This document shows positions 36,377 through 48,212 of a stretch of 64,000 bases of DNA, one piece after another. Below the pieces are notes generated by a model. It saw only the letters and a list, made by a program, of their open reading frames with translations. It had not been told where the DNA came from and searched no databases. A program made the translations under genes and the position numbers. Every line of letters begins with the position of its first letter. Position 1 is the stretch's first letter. The stretch lies in assembly GCF_055900595.2 (NCBI RefSeq), contig NZ_CM148325.1. One strand, 5' to 3'.

Positions 36377-36408
36377 AAAGGGCAATTCCCATCAGGGAAT
36401 TGCCCTCA
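36377..36408 (-). terminator. hairpin (gggcaattccc / gggaattgccc) downstream of the adhesin gene
   Basis: Perfect 11-bp inverted repeat, followed on the minus strand by a T-rich tract (cttttcttt). Confidence 0.5.
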
Positions 36409-36435
36409 GATTGTTGATCTGGTGCGCCTTATTTT

Positions 36436-36520
36436 GCCGGATGCGGCGTGAACGCCTTATCCGTCCTACAGGAATGTGCTGAATCATCCCGTAGGTCTGA
36501 TAAGCGCAGCGCATCACGCA
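36436..36520. repeat. REP/BIME element
   Basis: gccggatgcggcgtgaacgccttatccgtcctac and gtaggtctgataagcgcagcgcatcacgc. Confidence 0.7.
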
Positions 36521-36551
36521 ATTTGGCGTTTACCCATTCTTTAATGGATCA

Positions 36552-39500
36552 TTACCACTGAATACCGGCACCGAGTGCGGCGGAGTATTCACCCTGGCTA
36601 TTGGTACTACCTTGTAATTTGTAGACCCAACGACCATTGGCGCTCACCATCGACACACCTAAAGCAACAGCCGATTCGCCGTTGTAAGTACCACCACCAA
36701 TAGAGGCCATGCTGGCTCCCGGCGTGTAAGCCTGCGGCAGACCGGTCATTGCCATTGCGGAAGCGATACCACCGCTCAACTTGCTTTCGGTTTTGGACAG
36801 TTTGTTATCCATCTCAACCATGCGCTGATCGGTGTATTGCTTCGTTTCCTGCACACTTTGCTTCAACTGTGCATAGTTCACTGCGTCGTTGTTGTTCACG
36901 CCCGCAGAAACGTTGCTGATGCGAGTCGTACCGCCATTGCCGCCACCGAGAGTGATGTTGCTGTAGTCGATAGAGCCATCAGCTTTGGTGTCGTAGCGAA
37001 CGCCACCTGCTTCGGAAGACTTCAGTTGCGAAACGTTAACCGCATCGGTGGCATTAACACCGGCAGCAACGTTGGTGATACGGCGCTGGTTGGTAGAAGA
37101 ACCCACAGAGATTGTGTTTTCTTCGTTGGCCACGGAGCCTGTACCCAGAGCGACGCTGTTGTCAGCGGCAGCAATGGATCCAGAACCAATCGCCACACTG
37201 TCTTTACCCTGGGCGTTAGCATCTACGCCATCGGTGTTGGTCTTGAAGTACTTGGTGCTACCTGTGGTTACGATATCGCCAATACCGTTCTCGATATTGG
37301 TCACGCGAGTATCCAGATTCGTCACCTGATTGTTCAGGTTAGTAATGCTCTGGGTATTCTGGGAAACCTGCGCATCCGTTACTTTCAATTGACCCACGTT
37401 GACCGCATCGGTATCAGCCGAACCAGCCGCGACGTTGGTGATCTGACGTTGACCGTCTTCGCTACCTACGGAGAATTCACCCACAGAGTTCTGCGGTGCA
37501 TCCATGTTGTAGGCGGTGTAGCCAGTTTGTGCGCCACGGGTAGTTTGAGAACCATTACCCATTGCAATGCTGTTTGCATGGTTTGCACGCGCGTTGCTAC
37601 CGATAGCAATACCGTTAATCGCATCTGCCAGAACTAAAGTGTTCAGGCCGATACCAATACCTGCATTACCATTAACGATGGTTTTTGCGCCCATTGCCAG
37701 CGAGTCTTCACCGATTGCCAGTGAGTCTTCAGCCGTTGAATTGGCGTGATAGTATTTGGTTGGCGTGGTGGCTACTGCACCAATGGCATTCTGCAACTGG
37801 CGAACCGTAACGGCGTCATGGGCTTCAGAACCATCGGCAACATTGATGATTTGACGATATTTACCATCGTCACCGATCGACAATGCGCCAAGCAGTTCAC
37901 CGTCAGTTGTGTCATAACCAATCACAACACCTTCTTCCGATACGCTGGTGTCACGAGAACCTTTAACTATTAAACGGCTGGAAACGGAACTGCTACCCAG
38001 AGCGATACCTGTATCAACGTTGCTGTAACTGTCCTGACCGATGGCTACACTGCTGGCACGAGAGGCAACAGCGTTATAACCCACAGCGGTAGCACCAATA
38101 CCTGAAGCGCTGGCATCGTTGAATGCTAAGCCGTTGTCGTTGGTACGCACATAGTTAATACCCGCGCCATTTTCTTCGATGTAGGTTTCACTGGTGTTAC
38201 CGGCAAGCTGATTGATGACTTCGCTGTTCTGCTGGATCAGCATATTGGTGTTAAACAGCTGAGAACCGTTCACTGCATCGGTGCTACCTTCACCAATGTT
38301 ACCATCAGCAACGTTTGTGATAATGCTGGCCTTGCCGTCATGACTGGCGTTGTAAGCCCCTTCGCCGTTATTGGCGGTCGCATCCCACAGCAGCGCGTTC
38401 TCATCAAGCGCATCCAGAGCGTCACCGACATTGTTGTACTCGGCATTCGCAATGGTGTAAGTCGGCGCAGTGATAGTACCGTCAGCGTTAACTTCTGCAT
38501 CACCGCCCAGAGCATCTGCGATATATTTATTAGTGGTATAGAGTTGTGAGCCGTTAATCGCGTCGCTGCTGGTGGCAGAGATTGCACCATTTGCGACGTT
38601 AGTAATCTTACTGGCAGTGTTATCTACCCCACGACCGGCGCTGAATGCACCAGCACCGTCATTGGCTGTTGCATCCCAGAGCAGGGCGTCATCCAGTGTG
38701 GTATCGATCGCTTCCAGTGCGTCACCAACGTTGCTGTAACTGCCGCCAGCGATGGCATAAGTCGGTGTGGTGATACTGCCGTCCGCATTCACCACAGCGT
38801 TCCCGCCCAGAGCATCGGCAATGTAGTCACTAACGCCATAAAGTTGAGAACCATTAATAGCGTCGCTACTGGTGGATGAGACTGCACCGTTTGCAACATC
38901 AGTGATTACACTGGGATCATTATTAATGCCGTGTTTGGCGCTGAATTTGCCTGCGGTTGTATCCCAGAGCAGAGCATCACCGAGAGAATCACTAAATGAA
39001 GTGTTAATCGCAGCCAGAGCATCCCCGACGCTAGTGTAGTCAGTGCCGCCAATACTATAGGTTGGCCCGGTTAATATACCTGTATCGCTAATATCAGCCC
39101 CACCACCCAGATAGGACGTGAATGAATCAGCCAAACCGTAAAGTTGTGAGCCATTAATGGCGTCAGTGCTGTCAGAGGAGACTATGCCAGCTTGTACGTT
39201 GCTGATTTTGTTGGCGGCGTTAGTGCCGTGTGCAGCGGTGAATGCGCCTGCGGCGTCGTCCCATTTCAGGGCGTCTTCACCGAGGTTAGTCACCGTATCA
39301 GTCAGGTTAGTGATATTGGTGGTGTTGGTCGCCACATCGTCCTTGGTCGCTTTCAGCTGAGAACCATTAACGGCGTCGGTGCTGGTGTCAGAGAGCTCGC
39401 CAGCGGTGACGTTAGTGATTTTGTTGGTGGCGTTGGTGCCGTGTGCAGCGGTGAATGCGCCTGCGGCATCGTCCCATTTCAGGGCGTCTTCACCGAGGTT

Positions 39501-41363
39501 AGTCACCGTATCAGTCAGGTTAGTGATGTTGGTGGTGTTAGTTGCCACGTTATCGTTAGTGGTTTTCAACTGAGAACCGTTAACGGCGTCGGTGCTGGTG
39601 TCAGAGAGCTCGCCAGCGGTGACGTTAGTGATTTTGTTGGTGGCGTTGGTGCCGTGTGCAGCGGTGAATGCGCCTGCGGCATCGTCCCATTTCAGGGCGT
39701 CTTCACTAAGGTCAGTCACCGTATCAGTCAGGTTAGTGATATTGGTGGTGTTGGTCGCCACATCGTCCTTGGTCGCTTTCAGCTGAGAACCATTAACGGC
39801 GTCGGTGCTGGTGTCAGAGAGCTCGCCAGCGGTGACGTTAGTGATTTTGTTGGTGGCGTTGGTGCCGCGTGCAGCGGTGAATGCGCCTGCGGCATCGTCC
39901 CATTTCAGGGCGTCTTCACCGAGGTTAGTCACCGTATCAGTCAGGTTAGTGATATTAGTGGTGTTGCCAGCCACTTCGCTCGTCAGGTTAGTGATGTTGG
40001 TGGTGTTTGCCGCCACATCGTCCTTGGTCGCTTTCAGCTGAGAACCGTTGACGGCGTCGGTGCTGGTGTCAGAGAGGTCGCCAGCGGTGACATTGGTGAT
40101 TTTGCTAGTGGCGTTGTTGCCATGGGCAGCGCTGTATTTGCCATTGGTTTGGTCCCATTGCAGAGTGTTTTCATCAAGTACAGTGAGCGCATCGCCAACG
40201 TTATTTTTGTTACCATTTTTTAAGTTGTAGGCGGGGGCTTTAACTGTACCGTCGTCAACGTTTACCGATGCGCCTCCACCCAGTCGTTTTGCTACCGAGT
40301 CGCTGATGGCATAAAGCTGCGAGCCATTAATGGCGTCATTGCTGTCAGCTTTGATGGTGCCATTTTTCACATTCACGATCTTGCGTTTTAATGAGTCATT
40401 ACCGACAGAAACGCTATCGTCCAGATCCGCAATCGAACCTGCCCCCAACGCGACGGCGTTAATACCGTTGGCGCTGGTATTACTACCAAGCGCAAGACTA
40501 TTATCGCCCGTGACAACACTGGTTTTACCTAAAGCAATAGAGTTTAAGCCACTCGATTGGCTACCATTACCCAGAACGATAGCATCTGTACCATTAGCTT
40601 TGTTGCCCTGACCTATGGCAATTTCGCTATCTGCCAAAGCCTGGCTGCCATTGCCCAATACGATAGTATTGGTTTTATCGGCAAGGCTCCCGGAGCCCAG
40701 CGCCATGCTATTAGTCCCTTTTGCCTTCGCATTATTGCCAATGGCGGTAGCATTTTCAGCGGCTTCGGTGTTAGTGCCCATCGCGATGGAGTCCGTTCCT
40801 GATGCATTTGCCAATCGTCCTAATGCAAGAGCATTAGCAGCACTTGCTACCGTATCTTTGCCCAACGCCATGGCACCTTCACCTTTAGCTTGAGCAGAAT
40901 TCCCCAGTGCAAGTGTATAATCGCTGGTCGCTTTAGCTGCACTGCCGATGGCGATAGCTCGGCTGCCCGTTGATACCGTTGATTGCCCTAAGCCAACCGA
41001 TCTTTCTCCTGATGAGTTACTTGAGAAGCCAATTGCCGTACTGCCCACCCCGGCGGTCGAACCTATTCCTACCGCAACACTTCCTGTATTCTCTGTTCCT
41101 GAACCCTTTGGCTCTGATGATGCGACAGCACCTTTACCAATGGCAATCCAGTCATTACTGAGTGGCGTTGCCTCTGCGCTTTTACCACCGTCAAGTGAAA
41201 CCGAAGCATTGGCCCCAACGGGTGAGAGTAGCCCACCCGCAACCAGCGCGGAAATTAACAGCTTACTACGCCCGCTCTTTTTTCCACGACTCTTCGCCGT
41301 TTCGCTGGCAACGCTATAGCTGCCCGTCGCTGGATTCCAGATAACTTTAAAAATTTTGTTCAT
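36552..41363 (-). CDS. trimeric autotransporter adhesin (YadA-like; UpaG/EhaG/SadA family), 1603 aa
   Basis: N-terminal extended signal peptide [21 protein letters not shown]...; long repetitive Ser/Thr/Asn/Gly-rich passenger with NGSQL-type head/neck motifs; C-terminal YadA-type anchor ending ...[36 protein letters not shown]. Confidence 0.85.
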   Translation of the reverse strand: MNKIFKVIWNPATGSYSVASETAKSRGKKSGRSKLLISALVAGGLLSPVGANASVSLDGGKSAEATPLSNDWIAIGKGAVASSEPKGSGTENTGSVAVGIGSTAGVGSTAIGFSSNSSGERSVGLGQSTVSTGSRAIAIGSAAKATSDYTLALGNSAQAKGEGAMALGKDTVASAANALALGRLANASGTDSIAMGTNTEAAENATAIGNNAKAKGTNSMALGSGSLADKTNTIVLGNGSQALADSEIAIGQGNKANGTDAIVLGNGSQSSGLNSIALGKTSVVTGDNSLALGSNTSANGINAVALGAGSIADLDDSVSVGNDSLKRKIVNVKNGTIKADSNDAINGSQLYAISDSVAKRLGGGASVNVDDGTVKAPAYNLKNGNKNNVGDALTVLDENTLQWDQTNGKYSAAHGNNATSKITNVTAGDLSDTSTDAVNGSQLKATKDDVAANTTNITNLTSEVAGNTTNITNLTDTVTNLGEDALKWDDAAGAFTAARGTNATNKITNVTAGELSDTSTDAVNGSQLKATKDDVATNTTNITNLTDTVTDLSEDALKWDDAAGAFTAAHGTNATNKITNVTAGELSDTSTDAVNGSQLKTTNDNVATNTTNITNLTDTVTNLGEDALKWDDAAGAFTAAHGTNATNKITNVTAGELSDTSTDAVNGSQLKATKDDVATNTTNITNLTDTVTNLGEDALKWDDAAGAFTAAHGTNAANKISNVQAGIVSSDSTDAINGSQLYGLADSFTSYLGGGADISDTGILTGPTYSIGGTDYTSVGDALAAINTSFSDSLGDALLWDTTAGKFSAKHGINNDPSVITDVANGAVSSTSSDAINGSQLYGVSDYIADALGGNAVVNADGSITTPTYAIAGGSYSNVGDALEAIDTTLDDALLWDATANDGAGAFSAGRGVDNTASKITNVANGAISATSSDAINGSQLYTTNKYIADALGGDAEVNADGTITAPTYTIANAEYNNVGDALDALDENALLWDATANNGEGAYNASHDGKASIITNVADGNIGEGSTDAVNGSQLFNTNMLIQQNSEVINQLAGNTSETYIEENGAGINYVRTNDNGLAFNDASASGIGATAVGYNAVASRASSVAIGQDSYSNVDTGIALGSSSVSSRLIVKGSRDTSVSEEGVVIGYDTTDGELLGALSIGDDGKYRQIINVADGSEAHDAVTVRQLQNAIGAVATTPTKYYHANSTAEDSLAIGEDSLAMGAKTIVNGNAGIGIGLNTLVLADAINGIAIGSNARANHANSIAMGNGSQTTRGAQTGYTAYNMDAPQNSVGEFSVGSEDGQRQITNVAAGSADTDAVNVGQLKVTDAQVSQNTQSITNLNNQVTNLDTRVTNIENGIGDIVTTGSTKYFKTNTDGVDANAQGKDSVAIGSGSIAAADNSVALGTGSVANEENTISVGSSTNQRRITNVAAGVNATDAVNVSQLKSSEAGGVRYDTKADGSIDYSNITLGGGNGGTTRISNVSAGVNNNDAVNYAQLKQSVQETKQYTDQRMVEMDNKLSKTESKLSGGIASAMAMTGLPQAYTPGASMASIGGGTYNGESAVALGVSMVSANGRWVYKLQGSTNSQGEYSAALGAGIQW
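39166..40060. repeat. tandem array of about 4 copies of a 213-bp (71-aa) unit inside the adhesin gene
   Basis: Plus-strand artefact ORFs start at 39379, 39592 and 39805 (213-nt spacing) with near-identical translations; the adhesin shows repeated [71 protein letters not shown] blocks. Confidence 0.85.
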
Positions 41364-41406
41364 TATTGATGTTCTCTATTCCTTGATATAAGCGCAGAAG
41401 CTGCAT

Positions 41407-42090
41407 TTATTTTTTGTTTTTCCGCTGCTGAGTTTCAGCAGGTTGAACAGTGTCGAACTGGAGATTGGCCATATTGATGGACAATTTCAGATACTTCAGG
41501 TTATTAGGTGAAACGCCTTTTAATGTCAGGTTAATGTCTTGCCATTGACCAGGCATTAATTGCAGGGTGGAGTTCATGGTGGTGTTGAAAAGTAATTGTT
41601 GCCACTTCGACAGCGCTTTGGTATCGGTGGGTCTTTCACTGCCCCATGTGGCTTGAAAGCCAATATTTGATACGGGAACGCTTAATAGGTTGACCAGCGA
41701 AATACGAATAACGCTACCATTTTCAACTGCATCAATAGACAGCACCCGGCCTGCCAAACCAACCGAGCCATTGTTTAAAATGAAGTATTTTGTTTGTGCA
41801 GGGTTAAATTCGGTGAAGACAAATTCGTCCTGTTTGTCTTTGACCGCCTTTACTACACCCGCCAGCACTTTAGTGGTGTTTGCAATATTAATTTGTTGAT
41901 TTTCAATAAATTCTATCTTTCTTTTATATTGTTCTTGTTGTTTTTCAAGAATCTCTATTTTACTTTTTTGCAATTCTTGCTGTTTGGCAAGATCGTCGAT
42001 CAGATTCGCTTTCTCAATATAGTCACACCCAGTCAATACCCAGAGTGGCAATGTTATCAACATGCTTAATAGTGCTTTTTTGATGCTCAT
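41407..42090 (-). CDS. SadB-like inner-membrane lipoprotein encoded immediately upstream of the adhesin
   Basis: Signal peptide with LTGC lipobox and Asp at +2 (CD, inner-membrane retention); coiled-coil-like QQELQKSKIEILEKQQEQYKRKIEFIENQQ; ends 44 nt upstream of the adhesin start on the same strand. Confidence 0.65.
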   Translation of the reverse strand: MSIKKALLSMLITLPLWVLTGCDYIEKANLIDDLAKQQELQKSKIEILEKQQEQYKRKIEFIENQQINIANTTKVLAGVVKAVKDKQDEFVFTEFNPAQTKYFILNNGSVGLAGRVLSIDAVENGSVIRISLVNLLSVPVSNIGFQATWGSERPTDTKALSKWQQLLFNTTMNSTLQLMPGQWQDINLTLKGVSPNNLKYLKLSINMANLQFDTVQPAETQQRKNKK

Positions 42091-42662
42091 AGGGTGAATT
42101 CCTTTTCATGATCCCGATACGTTAACTGTTACGGCGTAATCATCCTTTTTATGAATGATTCGAGTGGAAATATACGTTATATAAATTTATAAGAGACTTT
42201 TTCTATTAATTGTTGTATTAATTGGTAGTGCGAATATGACATTAAATGTCAGACAATTTCAGATTGTAGCCAATAATATTAATCGCGCGGATTTTAATGA
42301 TCGATGTCAATCAATGTCAAATGTTTCACCGGATGAAAACACCGACCAGGAGAAATATTAATATTCAGCATGGTGATGTTTTCTTGGGAAGTGTGTGATT
42401 CTGAGCGATAAATATAAATAATTAATGGCTGTTACAGGCATTAATGTGCATTAATTCATTGTTATCGCTTATATATCACTTTTTTATTCCATACCACAAT
42501 TTCAGAATTTAGCCTGTAATATGCGCTTCAAAGAGCCGGTGAGATGGAAGCAATAGTGATAAGAATGTTAAAGATATCCGATATCTGGTATCAGGCTCCT
42601 GCATGTGCCAGCAGGAGCGAGTAAATCGTGAGAGGCTGTGATTACAGCGGTGAGACAGGTAC

Positions 42663-43025
42663 TTAAAATGCGGTCTTAGAGAATCCGGTCATCTCTTGCA
42701 GGCCCATTTCGCGGCCCAGCGCGGTCATCGGATGCACAACTACCAGTCCGCGAACACTTTTCTTCAGCTTGCCCATATCAGCCTGCTCTTTTTTAGTAAT
42801 CGCGCGCTGGAAGGGCATTTTCATCAGTTTTTGCGCTTCTTTACTGAGTTTCTGGCTGTGAACTTCACGCAGGCGAGCAATTTCGGCTTCCAGCGTGGCT
42901 TTTTCTTTTTCCAGTTCGGCATATTTATCTGCGGCTTCAACCAGTGACAGGTCAGCCTGCTGATGGCGGATAGCGTCCAGGCGATCGCTGAGACGTTTGA
43001 TTTCGTTTTTTTCGACTTCTTTCAT
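42663..43025 (-). CDS. yibL: DUF2810-family protein YibL
   Basis: 120 aa, [42 protein letters not shown]... Confidence 0.85.
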
Positions 43026-43308
43026 GTGATGACTTCTGATAGAGATAAATTTATAGCCTCTAGTATGCGCGACCAGGTGCTTTGTTCACAACAGATGGCA
43101 TTGTAATAGTTCCAGATTGTAACCATTAATGTGTTTGAAAATTACCCAATCTATTGATTAATTAGGAAATTTAAAGAAAAAAGATAGACAACAGAAGAGG
43201 ATCATTATTGAGGATTGAGCACGTTTTCCTTAATGTCATTTATACCGGGATCTAAACTAAAATTGGCGGCCGCGCATTCCCGACGCGGGGTAATACGGAG
43301 ATATCATC

Positions 43309-43518
43309 ATGGGCAAATTAGGTGAAAACGTTCCGCTTCTTATCGATAAAGCTGTAGATTTCATGGCATCGAGCCAGGCGTTCCGGGAGTATCTGAAAAA
43401 ACTTCCTCCCCGCAATGCGATTCCGTCCGGAATACCTGATGAAAGCGTGCCGTTATATCTACAACGTCTGGAGTATTATCGTCGGCTTTATCGGCCGAAA
43501 CAGGTAGAGGAGAAGTAA
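43309..43518 (+). CDS. yibT: small protein YibT (69 aa)
   Basis: [31 protein letters not shown]...; position between yibL and mtlR. Confidence 0.7.
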   Translation: MGKLGENVPLLIDKAVDFMASSQAFREYLKKLPPRNAIPSGIPDESVPLYLQRLEYYRRLYRPKQVEEK

Positions 43519-43528
43519 GCGAAAGTAC

Positions 43529-44116
43529 TTACTTTTGAAAGGCTTTTTTTAAGCTGATTTTGGAAATCAGCTCTGTCAGTGAAAGGACCATTGTTGATCG
43601 CACAGCCTGTTGGTAACGCTGAATTTGCATTGCATACAAACTGGAGTCTGCGGGTTCAAACTGTGGCGGCGGTGGTAACGCCGCCACACAGTGCAGCTCA
43701 CCAAAGGGGCCAAGAATTTCGTCGTCGGTAAAGGCGTACTCATTGCCGTCGTGATTTAGTTCTTCACGCAATGCCATCAGCAGTTCCGCATCTTCGTATT
43801 CATGGCGGTTAATGACACCCAACCCGTAAATGAGTTTTAAACGCACAGAAAGATCGCCCAGCGGGCCATCGCCGTCGAGTAACGGTTCTACAGCATACTT
43901 CACCGCGTAATCGTCTTTGCGGAATACCTGAAGCACCAGAAGATTTACCGCCTCGGTCAAAAGCTCGACGGCGGTAATCAGAAAGCTTCGCACGGTTTTG
44001 CCAGCATTCAGACGCTCAAGCACACGGTTTTCAAAGGCCTGGGTTTGTTCCATTGTTGCCTGCATATCTGACAATCTGTTATTCGGGCGCAGGGAGTCCT
44101 GCGCCTGGTCCACCAT
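43529..44116 (-). CDS. mtlR: mannitol operon repressor MtlR
   Basis: 195 aa, [43 protein letters not shown]... Confidence 0.92.
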   Translation of the reverse strand: MVDQAQDSLRPNNRLSDMQATMEQTQAFENRVLERLNAGKTVRSFLITAVELLTEAVNLLVLQVFRKDDYAVKYAVEPLLDGDGPLGDLSVRLKLIYGLGVINRHEYEDAELLMALREELNHDGNEYAFTDDEILGPFGELHCVAALPPPPQFEPADSSLYAMQIQRYQQAVRSTMVLSLTELISKISLKKAFQK

Positions 44117-45264
44117 TATTGCATTGCTTTATAAGCGGTTACCGCCTCGGATACAACCTCGCTGTTAGCATCAAGGCCGGAAATCTGCGCCAGTGCGGCT
44201 TGCGGGCCTTTGTCGGCAATCAGTGCTGCCAGTTCCTGAGCCTGCGGATCATCTTCACTGCGGAAGTGCATTGCAGCGGCAATACCTTCAATCAGGTTTT
44301 TATGTGGCAGACCATATTCCAGCGTTCCGAGCAGTGGCTTGATCAGACGGTCGCCAGCACTCAGTTTACGCAGCGGCTGACGGCCTACGCGCTCTACATC
44401 GTCTTTCAGATACGGGTTCTCAAAACGACCAAGGATTTTCTGGATGTACGCCGCATGTTTGTCCGCGTCAAAACCGTAACGCTTGATCAGTACAGCGCCA
44501 CTTTCTTCCATCGCCCCTTTTACTACCGCGCGGATTTTCTCGTCGAGAATTGCGTCACGAATGGTCTGATGACCTGCCAGTTTTCCGAGGTACGCGGTTA
44601 TAGCATGACCTGTATTCAGGGTGAAGAGTTTACGCTCAACAAATGCCATCAGGTTGTCGGTTAACTCCATGCCTGGGATGTTCGGCAGTGCACCTTTGAA
44701 TTGGGTTTTATCGACAATCCATTCGCTGAAGGTTTCGACTGTCACTTCCAGCGGATCGTTCGTTGCCGAAGCGGAAGGCGGTACGATGCGGTCAACGGCA
44801 GAGTCCACAAAGCCAACATGTTCTTCGACCCACGCTTTGGCGTCTTCCGGCAGGGCGTTCATCACATGGCCTTTCAGCTGCGTGGTGCCGCGTACCATGT
44901 TTTCACAGGCGATAATGTTCAGCGGGGATTCATTACCTTGTTCTTTACGTTTCACCAGCCCTTTGGCGATTGCCGGAGCAATACGTTCCAGCACAACCGG
45001 GCCCACGGCGGTAGTGACTAAATCAACCTGAGCAATCAGATCAACGACATCATCACCAATGCTGCTGACAGCATTGACGCCAGAAACGGTATCTACCTGC
45101 TCGGTTTCACCGACTACATGAACCTGATAGCTATGACGGGCATTCAGGGCATCAAGTACCACCTGATTGACATCGGCAAACGTCAGTTGGATACCTGCGT
45201 CTGCCAGCAGTTTACCGATAAAGCCACGACCGATATTACCTGCGCCAAAATGTAATGCTTTCAT
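44116..45264 (-). CDS. mtlD: mannitol-1-phosphate 5-dehydrogenase
   Basis: Track ORF 44116..45408 runs into the REP array; start placed at [29 protein letters not shown] (ATG at 45262-45264), 382 aa. Confidence 0.93.
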   Translation of the reverse strand: MKALHFGAGNIGRGFIGKLLADAGIQLTFADVNQVVLDALNARHSYQVHVVGETEQVDTVSGVNAVSSIGDDVVDLIAQVDLVTTAVGPVVLERIAPAIAKGLVKRKEQGNESPLNIIACENMVRGTTQLKGHVMNALPEDAKAWVEEHVGFVDSAVDRIVPPSASATNDPLEVTVETFSEWIVDKTQFKGALPNIPGMELTDNLMAFVERKLFTLNTGHAITAYLGKLAGHQTIRDAILDEKIRAVVKGAMEESGAVLIKRYGFDADKHAAYIQKILGRFENPYLKDDVERVGRQPLRKLSAGDRLIKPLLGTLEYGLPHKNLIEGIAAAMHFRSEDDPQAQELAALIADKGPQAALAQISGLDANSEVVSEAVTAYKAMQ

Positions 45265-45299
45265 AGTATTAACCTTCATCAATGTTTTTACCCGAGAGG

Positions 45300-45762
<463 letters not shown>

Positions 45763-47676
45763 TTACTTACGACCTGCCAGCAGTTCCAGCACTTCATCCA
45801 CGCTGGTGGTGTGCGCCAGACGCTCGATGACGGACTCATCATCCAGTGCGTTGGTCAGGCTGGTGATAACCTGAATGTGCTCGTTGTTACGGGCAGCAAT
45901 ACCAATCACCAGACGGGCAATGTCATCTTCTTCTTCACCGAAGCGCACGCCTTCCGGGTACTGGCAGAACACCACGCCCGTTTTCAGTACGCGATCTTTC
46001 GCTTCAACCGTACCGTGCGGTACCGCGATGGACTCACCCAGATAAGTCGGGGTCAGTTTTTCACGATCCAGCATCGCCTGAACGTATTCCGGCTCAACGT
46101 AACCGCCTTTCACCAGCTGCTCGCCAGCAAAACGAATCGCTTCTTCTTTGGTGGCCGCTTTGCGACCGAGGAAGATGTTCTCCGCGCCTAGCTTGAACAG
46201 GTTAGCACTGGAATCGTCAAAGCTGTCTTTCAGACTGTCTTTCACTTTTACTTCGTTTTCAGTATGGCGCTGGGCAGCAACCAGACGTTCGGTCAGGCTG
46301 GTGTACAGGCCGCTGTCGAGGAAGTTGGTCAGCGAAATATGCTGTGCCTGCGGAACCTGGCGCATAGCGCGTTCGGTCAGGTCACGGTGAGTGATGACCA
46401 GGTCCACATCTGGCGGCAGGTTGTTGATCGCGCTGTTAGTAACAGAAATCTGCGACAGACCTGCATCCTGAATTTTCTTACGCAGCACACCTGCGCCCAT
46501 CGCACTGGAACCCATACCGGCATCACAGGCAACGATGATTTTACGGACGTGGCTCAGGTCGTTAGTCACATCGCCAGCAGACAGCGGAGATGCGCCTTTA
46601 GATTCAGCTTTCATGTCCTGCATACGACGCGTTGCTGCTTCAATGTCATCTTCTTCTTTCACTTTGCTGGTTTTCAGCAGAATGGCAGAGACAACGAAGG
46701 AGACTGCCATCGCCGCACACACACCCGCTATGTTAGCGAAGTAAGCACCTTTTGGTGTCATCGCCAGTACCGCAAGGATAGAGCCCGGAGATGCCGGAGA
46801 AACCAGACCACCGCCCAGGATAGTCAGCGTGAATACGCCAGTCATACCACCGAGGATAACGGCCAGGATCAGACGCGGATTCATCAGCACATACGGGAAG
46901 TAGATTTCGTGGATACCCCCCAGGAAGTGAATGATTGCCGCACCGCCCGCAGACTGTTTAGCGCTACCACGACCAAAGAACATGTACGCCAGCAGAACAC
47001 CCATACCCGGACCTGGGTTAGCTTCAATCAGGAAGAAGATGGATTTACCCAGTTCATGGGACTGCTGAATACCCAGCGGCGAGAAGATACCGTGGTTAAT
47101 GGCGTTGTTGAGGAACAGGATTTTCGCCGGTTCAACAAAGATAGACGCCAGCGGCAGCATGTCATGGACAACCATGAAGTTAACGCCCGCAGCCAGCATT
47201 TTGGACAGGGCTTCAACAATCGGGCCAATGCCGAGGAACGCCAGAATAGCGAGGATCATCCCGATGATGCCTGCGGAGAAGTTATTCACCAGCATCTCAA
47301 AACCGGATTTGATCTTACCGTCTACCCAGCGGTCGAAGTGCTTAATGCACCAGCCGCCCAGCGGACCTGCAATCATAGAACCGAGGAACATCGGCATATC
47401 TGCGCCGACGATAACGCCCATTGTAGTGATGGCACCGACTACGCCGCCACGTTCGCCGCCTACCAGCTTACCACCGGTATAACCGATCAGCAGTGGCAGG
47501 AGATAAGTGATCATCGGCCCGACCAGCTTCGCCAGCGTTTCGTTCGGTAACCACCCTGTTGGAATAAATAGCGCGGTGATGATACCCCACGCGATAAACG
47601 CGCCGATATTTGGCATCACCATGTTGCTGAGGAAACGACCAAAGCTTTGCACTTTGATCTTAATATCGGATGACAT
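45763..47676 (-). CDS. mtlA: PTS mannitol-specific EIICBA
   Basis: 637 aa, MSSDIKIKVQSFGRFLSNMVMPNIGAFIAWGIITALFIPTGW... Confidence 0.95.
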   Translation of the reverse strand: MSSDIKIKVQSFGRFLSNMVMPNIGAFIAWGIITALFIPTGWLPNETLAKLVGPMITYLLPLLIGYTGGKLVGGERGGVVGAITTMGVIVGADMPMFLGSMIAGPLGGWCIKHFDRWVDGKIKSGFEMLVNNFSAGIIGMILAILAFLGIGPIVEALSKMLAAGVNFMVVHDMLPLASIFVEPAKILFLNNAINHGIFSPLGIQQSHELGKSIFFLIEANPGPGMGVLLAYMFFGRGSAKQSAGGAAIIHFLGGIHEIYFPYVLMNPRLILAVILGGMTGVFTLTILGGGLVSPASPGSILAVLAMTPKGAYFANIAGVCAAMAVSFVVSAILLKTSKVKEEDDIEAATRRMQDMKAESKGASPLSAGDVTNDLSHVRKIIVACDAGMGSSAMGAGVLRKKIQDAGLSQISVTNSAINNLPPDVDLVITHRDLTERAMRQVPQAQHISLTNFLDSGLYTSLTERLVAAQRHTENEVKVKDSLKDSFDDSSANLFKLGAENIFLGRKAATKEEAIRFAGEQLVKGGYVEPEYVQAMLDREKLTPTYLGESIAVPHGTVEAKDRVLKTGVVFCQYPEGVRFGEEEDDIARLVIGIAARNNEHIQVITSLTNALDDESVIERLAHTTSVDEVLELLAGRK

Positions 47677-47980
47677 AAAAACACCCCTTCTTATGTTTGC
47701 TGTCGCGCAGGCTGGAAGCCCGAGGTTTTTTGTTAATGTGGCGGCAGAGGTAGCCGGACCTTGTTGATAGTGCGAAATCTGGCACTGAATCGGTTAACTG
47801 TCCAGTCGACGGCTTTTTGTGTGATATCGGTCACATAAATATAGGGGGTAGAGAGGTAATTGACGTGATGTGCATCACAAAATACTTGTGTAAAAAAGCA
47901 ACAAGACGGCGATTTTCGCTAAAAATGGCATTTAAATGTGAGTAATGTCACATTTTTGTTTTGTTGGTTTGTTGAATCTT

Positions 47981-47996
47981 TGTGATCTGAATCACA
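47981..47996. promoter_or_regulatory. consensus CRP site (TGTGA-N6-TCACA) in the mtlA promoter region
   Basis: tgtgatctgaatcaca read directly; further TGTGA/TCACA-containing palindromes at about 47865-47878 and 48022-48037. Confidence 0.65.
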
Positions 47997-48212
47997 AGAT
48001 ATTTTCTTACGGCGTTCACCTGATGTGATCTGCAGCATGTTATGCCTTCGTCATAAAATCGTTATGTAACTAAGCAACTCATCACCTCTAAAAATTATTC
48101 TTTGGTGTTATGGCGAGAATCGCGAACCCGAATTATTGTCAAAATATCAGCCTGACTCCCTTCTGGCTGCCAGCCAAAAAACAACACCGATAAACGTGAA
48201 TCCGAGGCAGAT

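Noticed and set aside
39166-40060. Possible CRISPR array (regular direct repeats)
   Set aside because: Repeat unit is 213 bp with no unique spacers and lies inside a coding sequence; the other regular repeat array (45300-45762) is REP/BIME with a 135-bp period. No cas genes in the window.
39192-40223. 343-aa plus-strand ORF and the family of 60-78-aa plus-strand ORFs at 39157, 39379, 39592, 39805 and 40048
   Set aside because: They lie antisense to the adhesin gene inside its 213-bp tandem repeats; their repetition just mirrors the repeat array and the low-complexity translations ([15 protein letters not shown]...) are not protein-like.
42380-42420. 13-codon mini-ORF with an AGGAG SD in the AT-rich leader upstream of the lipoprotein gene
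   Set aside because: Too short and unconserved-looking to call without expression data; noted only as a possible leader peptide.
46264-47550. 428-aa plus-strand ORF
   Set aside because: Antisense to mtlA; His/Arg-rich low-complexity translation with no recognisable domain.
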